This document shows positions 46,287-55,100 of a stretch of 64,000 nt of DNA, one piece after another (positions within the stretch are counted from its first letter, which is position 1; the number at the start of each line of letters is the position of its first letter). Source of the DNA: Christensenella sp. UBA7588 (GTDB taxonomy: Bacteria > Bacillota > Clostridia > Christensenellales > CAG-917); the NCBI GenBank assembly GCA_002478945.1, contig DLKM01000001.1:81385-145384 (forward strand), written 5' to 3'. The notes beneath the pieces were generated by a model that was given only the letters and a program-made list of their open reading frames with translations, was not told the DNA's origin and searched no databases. The translations under genes and the position numbers were made by a program.

Positions 46287-46378
46287 TGGCGGAGAAGCAG
46301 GGATTTGAACCCTGGCTACGATTCACTCGTACTACTCCCTTAGCAGGGGAGCCCCTTCGGCCTCTTGGGTACTTCTCC
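46287..46378 (-). tRNA. tRNA-Ser (anticodon GCT), long variable arm, CCA encoded
   Basis: The reverse complement is GGAGAAGUACCCAAGAGGCCGAAGGGGCUCCCCUGCUAAGGGAGUAGUACGAGUGAAUCGUAGCCAGGGUUCAAAUCCCUGCUUCUCCGCCA. Acceptor GGAGAAG/CUUCUCC, anticodon loop CUGCUAA, T arm CAGGG-UUCAAAU-CCCUG. Confidence 0.9.
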
Positions 46379-46499
46379 GTAACTGCCGAAAACATTGTGT
46401 TTTTGCACGTTTAGCTTGCTTATAATATCACAGCACCGCCCCAATGTCAATAATTTTGGATTGATTGCAATCGAAAACTTGCGTCACGGCAATTCTCGG

Positions 46500-47210
46500 C
46501 TATTTTGCCATTTTAATGTGCATCTCTCTCATTCCTTCCACCTGTTCGCAAATTTGTTTCAGGTTGCAATGCTGGCAATCGACAAGCACGTTGTCGAGCA
46601 AGTGGTTGAGAGCATCGAGAATATCTGCTGATTTTTGTGCAAAGTCGCATATAAGGTCGTAATCTACTTTGGCGTCTGCCACAAAAACGACCGTCACGGC
46701 ACGCACGACGTCTTTGGAAAGATAGTTTGCTATCGTAGTTGCTCCGAGTTTTTCAAAAGACAATCCGTCTTTGATTGCGGATTTGCTTACGCGCACCTGT
46801 TCCCTGTGTGAAAAAGACGACGCGCGCATCATAAAGCCCGACACGTTTTCTTTGTACTTTTCGTACTCCAACGACTTGATAAGGTCGAATATCTCCTGTT
46901 CGTCGTCCGGAGACTCCTTGAGATTGATTATTACGATTTTTGCATAAGCGCAATCTTTCTTAATCTCGCAAAGCTCTTTTCCGACAACGACAACGCGGTT
47001 TTCGATTTCGAGCGTATCGGTAACGACGGTCGCGCACGCACTCGGGGCGTCCGAACCGCCCAGTTCGAAAGCGCAGTCTTTGAGCAGGACAAGTTCGCTA
47101 TGCTCCGAGGTGGGCAGAACTTTGCTTTCGTCGTATGCATAAGTCCTGATTTTGTCGCTCTTTAACACGTCCTCGAGCGATTGTATGTCTTTGTCAAAAA
47201 GTTTTATCAA
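46500..47210 (-). CDS. Hypothetical protein co-transcribed with the CooC-like ATPase (Cys pair near the C-terminus)
   Basis: 236 aa. TTG start at 47210 with GGAGG 9 nt upstream and no in-frame ATG nearby. C-terminal VDCQHCNLKQIC. I did not recognise the family. Confidence 0.55.
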   Translation of the reverse strand: MIKLFDKDIQSLEDVLKSDKIRTYAYDESKVLPTSEHSELVLLKDCAFELGGSDAPSACATVVTDTLEIENRVVVVGKELCEIKKDCAYAKIVIINLKESPDDEQEIFDLIKSLEYEKYKENVSGFMMRASSFSHREQVRVSKSAIKDGLSFEKLGATTIANYLSKDVVRAVTVVFVADAKVDYDLICDFAQKSADILDALNHLLDNVLVDCQHCNLKQICEQVEGMREMHIKMAK

Positions 47211-47257
47211 GCCTGAACGCCTCCGCTTTTTTGCTTTTGTTTTTCAAAATCGATATT

Positions 47258-48022
47258 TTATCCTATAATACCGATAGCTTTAAGTGCCGTTTGCACACCT
47301 TTTACCATTTCGGAATCGCTTGGCAAATCAAACACGTTATCGCCGTTCAAATCGAATTCGGCAAGATTTCTGTCGTCTTTTATCGTTGCGAGCAGTTGCA
47401 CTCCGTCGTAGTCGAGAGACTTCACGATTTCTTCGTCTGTAACCCTGTTTACGATGATGCCGATTTTCTTATACATAACGAGTTCGTCCGCAACTTTCTT
47501 AATGGTTTTGCACACGTCTCTGCCTTTTTTGGACTGGTCCGTAACGAGAATAAGATGCGTGACTTTTTCCATAACTCTGCGGTTGATTTGCTCTATACCC
47601 GCCTCTCCGTCTATGACGACGTAGTCGAACTCGGACGACAACATACTTATAACGTCTTTGAGATACGCGTTGATTTTGCAATAGCACCCTGCGCTTTCCG
47701 GACGACCGACCGCGATAAAAGCGTACCCGTCTTTTTCGACCATAGCGTCAAACAGACGGAAGCGCGCCTCGTTGAGCAACTCTATGGCTTTGCCGTTGTT
47801 GCCGTCCTCGACGTTTTCGATAATGCTTTTGCGAATGTCGTCGATTGTCATTTTGACGTCTACGCCGAGCGCGGTGGAAAGTCCCACTGCGGGGTCCGCG
47901 TCTATTGCGAGAATGCGTTTGTCTTTATAATTGTCCGCCAACGTGCGAACTATCGTTGCCGCGAGCGACGTTTTTCCCACACCGCCTTTTCCTGCGACCG
48001 CAATAATCGTTGCTTCAGACAT
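47258..48022 (-). CDS. CooC/MinD/ParA-type P-loop ATPase (metal-centre maturation type)
   Basis: Deviant Walker A IAVAGKGGVGKTSLA and ILAIDADP. The 254-aa size fits CooC-like proteins. Confidence 0.75.
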   Translation of the reverse strand: MSEATIIAVAGKGGVGKTSLAATIVRTLADNYKDKRILAIDADPAVGLSTALGVDVKMTIDDIRKSIIENVEDGNNGKAIELLNEARFRLFDAMVEKDGYAFIAVGRPESAGCYCKINAYLKDVISMLSSEFDYVVIDGEAGIEQINRRVMEKVTHLILVTDQSKKGRDVCKTIKKVADELVMYKKIGIIVNRVTDEEIVKSLDYDGVQLLATIKDDRNLAEFDLNGDNVFDLPSDSEMVKGVQTALKAIGIIG

Positions 48023-48164
48023 ATAATGCCTCCAAAAGGAAAAATCAATGTATATATTTTACACCATTACTATTGTTTTGTCCATCTCGAAAACGTCTAT
48101 GCATGCTCTTTTTATGCAAAAAACGCCCCATCACGCATCGGAATAATCGCTCATATATTGAGAT

Positions 48165-49889
48165 ATGTGCGGAATAGTGGGATATACAGGGTATCAAAAC
48201 GCAAAAAACATCGTCATAGACGGATTGAAAACGCTTGAGTATCGAGGATACGACAGCGCAGGCATCGCTTTGTCGGACGACGATTTGCACGTTTTCAAAA
48301 CGGCAGGCAGAGTGTCCGAACTCGAAAAACTTTTGCCCGACGTTGTCGCTCACGTCGCAATAGGGCATACGAGATGGGCAACGCACGGAGAACCGAACGC
48401 CAAAAACGCGCATCCGCATCTTTCGTTCGACGGAAAAATCGCAGTCGTTCACAACGGCGTGATAACCAACTGCGAAAATCTGAAATCTATGCTTGTCGCA
48501 AGAGGTATTCGTTTTCGCTCGTCCACGGACAGCGAAATAATCGCGCATCTGCTTGCGCTGGAAGATACGAGCGATATGATTAAAGCCGTCGAGAACGTAG
48601 GAAAGAAGTTGGAAGGCGCAACGACGTTTCTCGCAATCAAAGCAGGCGACGACGCAATATACTCCAGAAGATACGGCGCGTCCTTGGCAATAGGCTTGGG
48701 CGACGGCGAAAATATCGTTGCAAGCGACACTTTGGCAATATCCAGACACACGCAAAAAATCGTGATTTTGCAAGACGGCGAATGCGCGAAAATAACGCCG
48801 CGCGGCGCGGAATTTTTCAAAGACGGACTTCAAATCTCAAAACAAGCGATGAAAATAAAGCGCACCGCTCCGAAAGAATGTTCTTGCCATATGCGTACGG
48901 AAATCGACGAAATCCCGGACGCAATTACTCGCACTTTCCGAGAAATAACCAAAACCCTCGACAACGATACTTTGTTTTGGTTGAAAACCGCCGAAAAAAT
49001 CTATTTTTGCGGTTGCGGAACGGCGTATCACGCAGGTCTGTACGGCAAATATCTGTTTGAAAAATTGTTACACATACCCTGCGAAGCCGTAGTGGCAAGC
49101 GAGTTCGACGCGGAACGTTTCGTAAACGAAAAATGCGTCGGAATATTCATAACTCAAAGCGGCGAAACCGCCGACACTCTTATCGCGCTTTCCGAATGCA
49201 AAAGAAAAGGCGCGAAAACCGTTGCCGTAACCAACGTGAGCGGGAGCAGTATTTGCTTCGAAGCGGACAAGACGTTTCTGTTGGACGCAGGAGCGGAAGT
49301 TGCCGTTGCCGCAACGAAATCTTACAACTGCCAACTGTTCGCGCTGTACGTCATAGCCAAAGCGTGTATATCTCAAGACGTAACGGACAAAGACGCCGAA
49401 AGGCTATGCGACGCGCTGAAACTATGTTCGTCCGTATCGCTGTACGAGGACAGAATAAAAAAGGCAAATCTGTTCTTCGTCGGAAAAGGCGTAGACAACG
49501 TAACGGCAAAAGAGGGCGCGCTTAAGTTTAAGGAAATTACCTACAAGATGACCGACGCTTATCAGGCAGGCGAACTGAAACACGGAGCGATTGCTCTTAT
49601 CGACGACAAAAGCGCGGTCGTGGCAGTCGTCACAAACGCAAACGACAAACACCGCATAGAAGCGACCGTAAGCGAATTGCGCTCTCGCGGAGCGTACGTT
49701 ACAGCCCTGTCGGCAGTCGGAGACGTGGGCGCAAACAAAACGTATCCCCTGCCGTTTATCGGAGACGAAAATCTGTATCCGATATTGTCCGTAATTCCCC
49801 TGCAGAACCTTGCGCTTACGGCATCGCTGTGCCTCGGACTCAACCCCGACAAACCGCGCAATCTTGCAAAAAGCGTTACCGTAATATAA
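48165..49889 (+). CDS. glmS: Glutamine--fructose-6-phosphate aminotransferase
   Basis: N-terminal MCGIVGY (Cys nucleophile), HTRWATHG, two SIS domains and a C-terminal ...LAKSVTVI. Confidence 0.9.
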   Translation: MCGIVGYTGYQNAKNIVIDGLKTLEYRGYDSAGIALSDDDLHVFKTAGRVSELEKLLPDVVAHVAIGHTRWATHGEPNAKNAHPHLSFDGKIAVVHNGVITNCENLKSMLVARGIRFRSSTDSEIIAHLLALEDTSDMIKAVENVGKKLEGATTFLAIKAGDDAIYSRRYGASLAIGLGDGENIVASDTLAISRHTQKIVILQDGECAKITPRGAEFFKDGLQISKQAMKIKRTAPKECSCHMRTEIDEIPDAITRTFREITKTLDNDTLFWLKTAEKIYFCGCGTAYHAGLYGKYLFEKLLHIPCEAVVASEFDAERFVNEKCVGIFITQSGETADTLIALSECKRKGAKTVAVTNVSGSSICFEADKTFLLDAGAEVAVAATKSYNCQLFALYVIAKACISQDVTDKDAERLCDALKLCSSVSLYEDRIKKANLFFVGKGVDNVTAKEGALKFKEITYKMTDAYQAGELKHGAIALIDDKSAVVAVVTNANDKHRIEATVSELRSRGAYVTALSAVGDVGANKTYPLPFIGDENLYPILSVIPLQNLALTASLCLGLNPDKPRNLAKSVTVI

Positions 49890-49976
49890 AAAATCGAATC
49901 AACTTTAATTTGTATTAAAACACAAAAACGGCGGTTTATCCGTCGTTTTTGCGCATATAAAAGTTAGATTTTGATA

Positions 49977-50744
49977 TTACAAGTTTTTATCGAGCCACCT
50001 CGCAACCGAAGCGCAGTCCTCGCACACGAGAATATCCGCTCTCGAATCCAAGTGCGTGGACGACTTGTTTATCACGGCAATAGTATCTCCGTCAAAGTAG
50101 TCTACGAGTCCTGCCGCAGGATATACCACGAGCGAAGTTCCTATCACTATAAGCATATCCGCATTTTGCAAAGCGGACACCGAATCGCGCAGATTGCGAG
50201 AATCGAGCGACTCTCCGTACAACACAACGTCGGGTTTTATAATTCCTCCGCACTCGTCGCAACGAGGCGTTCCGCAAGATGAAAATATATAATCGAGGTC
50301 GAAAAATTTTCCGCAACTTTCGCAATAATTTCTATGCACCGAACCGTGCAATTCACACACTTTTTTACTGCCTGCGCTCTGGTGCAAACCGTCGATGTTC
50401 TGCGTTATGACAAGTGATATTTTCCCCTCCTTTTCAAGGCGAGCCAAGAGCAAATGCATTGCGTTCGGCTTTGCGGAAGGATAAAGCATTTTCGACTTGT
50501 AAAAACCGTAAAAGTCGTCAACGTCGGTAAGGAAAAAATCGTGCGAAATAATCTCCTCCGCACAGTATTTTCCGTATCTCGTGGAGTATAAACCGTGTGC
50601 GCTTCTGAAATCGGGAATGCCGCTCGGGACAGAAATTCCCGCTCCGCTCAACACGACGATTCGATTGTGAGAGCGAATTGCCGCCGCAAGTTTTTCAAGC
50701 GCGATATTCGTGTTTGCATCAAATAATTTTTGAGTGTTTTCCAT
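49977..50744 (-). CDS. NAD-dependent protein deacylase, Sir2 family
   Basis: VVLSGAGISVPSGIPDFRS, TQNIDGLH, zinc Cys pairs CESCGK...CDECGG, and VIGTSLVVYPAA. Confidence 0.9.
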   Translation of the reverse strand: MENTQKLFDANTNIALEKLAAAIRSHNRIVVLSGAGISVPSGIPDFRSAHGLYSTRYGKYCAEEIISHDFFLTDVDDFYGFYKSKMLYPSAKPNAMHLLLARLEKEGKISLVITQNIDGLHQSAGSKKVCELHGSVHRNYCESCGKFFDLDYIFSSCGTPRCDECGGIIKPDVVLYGESLDSRNLRDSVSALQNADMLIVIGTSLVVYPAAGLVDYFDGDTIAVINKSSTHLDSRADILVCEDCASVARWLDKNL

Positions 50745-50819
50745 AATCGCCTCTATAAAATTATATCACTTGAAAAACCGCATATCAAGTGGTATAATGC
50801 TTGATATAAGAGGTAAAAG

Positions 50820-52004
50820 ATGTTTAATAACGATATGTACGAGTTGGGAAGCAAGCGTTCCGTTATACGCGAACTGTTCGAATACGGCAAAAAACGCGTC
50901 GAAAAAGAAGGCGCAAACAGCGTGTTCGATTTTTCGCTCGGCAATCCCAATGTTCCTGCTCCGCCGTGCGTGAAAGAAGCGTTGCTTTCGCTTGTCGAAA
51001 GCGGCTCGGACGTTCACGGCTACACGTCGGCGCAAGGCGACGCAAGCGTGCGAAACGCGATTGCGAATCACATTCGGACAAAATTCGGAGCAGACGTTTA
51101 CGCGGACAATATTTATATGACTTGCGGCGCGGCGGCGTCCTTATGCATAACTTTGCGCGCCCTCTGCGAAAGCGACGACGAATTTGTGATTATCGCGCCG
51201 TATTTTCCCGAATATAAGGTGTTTATCGAAGCGCAAGGCGGAAAAGTCGTCGCGGCAAAATACGACGAACAAACTTTCCAAATAGATTTCGACTCGCTCG
51301 AGTCTTGCCTCTCCCCTCGCACGAAAGCGGTTATCATCAACTCTCCCAACAATCCGAGCGGAGCGATTTACGGAGAACAAACGATACGCCGCCTTGCATC
51401 TTTGCTCAAAGATAAAAGCGATTTGTACGGTCATTCCGTATTCGTTATATCGGACGAGCCGTACAGAGAGCTTGCCTACGACGGCATCGACGTGCCGTAT
51501 ATTATGAACTATTACGACGATTCGCTCGTGTGCTACAGCTATTCAAAATCGTTGTCTCTCCCAGGCGAACGCATAGGATATATTGCGGTAAATCCCAAGG
51601 CGCATCGCTCAAAAGATTTGTATCTCGCAATTTGCGGAGCAGGCAGAGCCTTAGGTTACGTCTGCGCCCCGTCCACTTATCAAAGAGTGGTAGAAAAATG
51701 TGTGGACGCACTTCCCGATTTGTCCGCTTACAAGCGCAACCGCGACCTCTTATATAGCGAGCTTACGAGAATCGGCTACGACTGCGTACACCCCGACGGA
51801 GCGTTTTATATGTTCGTAAAAGCACTCGAGGACGATGCAAACGCCTTTTCGGATAACGCCAAAAAACTCGGCTTGTTGTTGGTATCGGGAGACGATTTCG
51901 GAGCGTCGGGATACGTTCGCATCGCTTACTGCGTAAGTTACGAAACCATTAGGCAATCCATTCCCGCATTCGAAAAACTGTATAACGAATACAAAACAAA
52001 ATAA
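50820..52004 (+). CDS. PLP-dependent aminotransferase, class I (aspartate/aromatic type)
   Basis: FSLGNPNVP, INSPNNPSG, and YSYSKSLSLPGERIGY (PLP lysine block). Confidence 0.85.
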   Translation: MFNNDMYELGSKRSVIRELFEYGKKRVEKEGANSVFDFSLGNPNVPAPPCVKEALLSLVESGSDVHGYTSAQGDASVRNAIANHIRTKFGADVYADNIYMTCGAAASLCITLRALCESDDEFVIIAPYFPEYKVFIEAQGGKVVAAKYDEQTFQIDFDSLESCLSPRTKAVIINSPNNPSGAIYGEQTIRRLASLLKDKSDLYGHSVFVISDEPYRELAYDGIDVPYIMNYYDDSLVCYSYSKSLSLPGERIGYIAVNPKAHRSKDLYLAICGAGRALGYVCAPSTYQRVVEKCVDALPDLSAYKRNRDLLYSELTRIGYDCVHPDGAFYMFVKALEDDANAFSDNAKKLGLLLVSGDDFGASGYVRIAYCVSYETIRQSIPAFEKLYNEYKTK

Positions 52005-52128
52005 CGCTTGCAACTATATAAAACGACGCTTGCGTCTAACGGTTTTTCGATTTCGCGAAGTTAAAAACGGCGTCGTTTACGCCTCAGTCGTTCTAGTTTT
52101 TATTGTAAAACCGAGGTTTTTACAAAAC

Positions 52129-52156
52129 AAAAACGGCACTTTAAGTGCCGTTTTTT
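52129..52156. terminator. Bidirectional terminator between convergent genes
   Basis: ACGGCAC / GTGCCGT stem flanked by A5 and T6. Confidence 0.6.
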
Positions 52157-52172
52157 ATATTATTTACTTTAA

Positions 52173-55100
52173 TCAAGCATTGCCCGAACACCACTTAAGC
52201 ACGCCCTTATTCAACTCGAGAGTCGTACCGTTGTAATAAAGAATCGAACCGTACATCACTATAGTGTCTCCGACTTGCGGCTGATATGACAAGGCGTTAT
52301 ACTTGCTTCCGCTTTCGTCGTAAATACCGTATACGAACAGTTGATTGCCTTCGTCGTCCTCGATATAGCAGTTACCGTAAGTGGTATTGGAAATGCTTTT
52401 AATCTTTCCGACGATGATAATGCTTTCGGTCGATTCTCCGCTACCGAGAGTGCTTGCAAGAGCAAGTGCTTTGCTCACGGTATACACGTTGGGCATATAC
52501 TCCGAACACTCGTCGCACTTATAGTCTCCGTCCGCATCGGCGCAAGTATGATTGCTTACGGCCGCGCCGCAATCGTCGCATTTTCCGTCGGAATTTGCGT
52601 CGGCGTGGATATGCGCGGAGCATTTATCGCACTTATAATCTCCGTCGGTATCGACGTGATTTGCGCAAGTGAAAGATTTGGAGCATTTGTCGCAAATACC
52701 GTCGCTGTCCGCGTCAACGTGTCCCGAGCATTGCGTGCCGAAATTGCCCGCTTTGATATATTCGATGATGCAATCTCTCGGGTACGCAGTCGTTCCGAGC
52801 GTTTTTACGACGGTCAGATTGTTTTTCGTATAATCGCTATTGTACGAATCGGTCACGATGTAATATGTATCGTTCAGACCGCTGCCGCTCCGCAAATTAG
52901 CTTCTATCGTAGACGCGTTTGTGCCTCTCGCATAAACGTAGCTCGAATTATTGAAATATCTCGACAACAAGTCGCTACCCTTAATCGAGCAAAGTTGCAT
53001 CTCGTTATCAAACGGGAACAGCGTTTGAATCTGTCCGACGGTAACGTTTCCGACAGGAAGACAATACGGGTCTCTTACGTTAAGATAGCCGCCTGCAAGC
53101 ACGATGTCGTAATCCGCGCCCCAAACGCTTTGTCCTTTCATAAGGTACGCCTTTGCCATAGCCGCAGTCAACGCCGAGGAATCGCGATAAGTATCGTTAT
53201 ACCCCACAACCTCGTTGGGGTCTCCGATTTCATCGGCGTATTTTTCGATAAGTCGATTGATAATATCGTCGCTTTGCTCGGTTTTGTACACGCTGTTTGC
53301 GATTATGCTGACCGTGGTAACTTTTTGCCCCGTGAGGATGTTGTACGAAAGCGTGGCTTGAGATATGCCGTCGTTATATCCGCCGCCTTGCGCGTGATAC
53401 ACACCGTACGAATCTTTGAGCGTATAAGAACAATGCGTATGCCCTTCGAACACCACGTCGACGTATCCGTTTGAAAGCGAAGCGTCATACCAATCGCTCA
53501 TTGCACTGTCGGAAATGTCTTGCAAGGACGAACTGCTTCCCGAATAGCCGTCGTGAATGGAATAAATGATGTAGTTTACGCCTTCTTCGTTGCGAAGTCT
53601 CGTTGCCTCGGCTTTTACGAGAGCGGTAAGCGCGCTTCCCGTCTTGAAATTAACGTCGCTGCACATACTTGCCGAAATCGACGAATAGCAATCTCCGATT
53701 GCTCCGATAATGCCTATCTTGATTCCGCCCATAGTTACCACCGTAGAGGGTTGACAGTAAGACACTCTCTGGTTGGTGGAATTGTCGTACACGTTGATTG
53801 CAAGGAACGGGAAATTCGCAAGTTGCGCGTTGGACTTGATTTTGTCAGTTTTCCAGTCGAACTCGTGATTGCCGAGCGTCATAGACGTGCAGTTGACGTA
53901 ATTAAGCCATTCGGTTGCGAGTTTGCCTTTGGTATTGTTGGACTCCGTGCTACCCTGCCACATATCTCCCGAAGAAAGCACGAGCGAATAACCGCTGTTT
54001 TGCGCATTCAAAAGATAAGTGGTAAGTTCGTCGACGCCGGGTTGCGTGGACGTATCGGCATACATACCGTGCAAGTCGTTTATTGCAAAAAACGTAAATA
54101 CGACTATAAGATTTCTTCTGCACTCGTCGCAAATATCGTCGTTGTTTGCATCTGCGTGAGCGCAGACGAAAGTAACGCTGCAATTATCGCAAACGCCGTT
54201 GCCGTCCTCGTCGATATGTTTGTCACATACGACTTCCACCGTCGCGCCGCACTTGTCGCACTCTCCGTTTTTATCCTCGTCGACGTGCGAACATTCTCCT
54301 ATGGTCTCTCCGCATTTATCGCAGACTCCGTTCGTATCGTCGTCAACGTGCGAACAATCGGTATATTTTTCGTTGCAATCGTCGCATTTTCCGTCCGTAT
54401 CCGCGTCGGCATGAATATGCGCGGAGCATTCGTCGCACTTATAGTCTCCGTTATTATCAACGTGGTTTGCGCAAACGAAAGTCTTGCCGCATTCGTCGCA
54501 AACGCCGTTGCCGTCCTCGTCGATATGCTTGTCGCAAACGACTTCCACCGTTGCGCCGCACTTGTCGCATTCTCCGTTTTTGTCGGCGTCGACGTGAGAA
54601 CATTCTCCTACGGTCTCTCCGCATTTATCGCAGACTCCGTTCGTATCGGCGTCAACGTGCGAACAATCGGTATATTTTTCGTTGCAATCGTCGCATTTTC
54701 CGTCCGTATTCGCGTCGGCGTGAATATGTGCGGAACATTCGTCACACTTATAGTCTCCGTCATTGTCGACGTGGTTTGCGCAAACGAAAGTCTTGCCGCA
54801 TTCGTCGCAAACGCCGTTGCCGTCCTCGTCGATATGCTTGTCGCACACAACCTCCACGGTTGCGCCGCACTTATCACAAACACCGTTTTTGTCTGCGTCA
54901 ACGTGTGAGCATTCTCCTATTGTTTTTCCGCATTTATCGCACTTTCCGTCGGTATTTGCGTCAATGTGCGTACAATCGAGTGCTTTGAATCCGTCTTTGC
55001 CTGCTTGGATATATTCGATAAAGCAGTCTCTCGGGTACGCGGTCGTTCCGAGCGTTTTTACGACGGTCAATCTGTTTGCGGCGTAATCGGTATTATACGA

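Noticed and set aside
48023-48164. Expected glmS ribozyme upstream of glmS.
   Set aside because: The 140-nt upstream region is AT-rich and lacks the conserved glmS ribozyme core segments I remember. It is also too short once promoter space is subtracted.
54150-54980. Periodic repeat, considered as a CRISPR array or satellite.
   Set aside because: The 309-bp period lies in frame inside a long ORF and has no repeat/spacer alternation, so it is a protein-coding tandem duplication.
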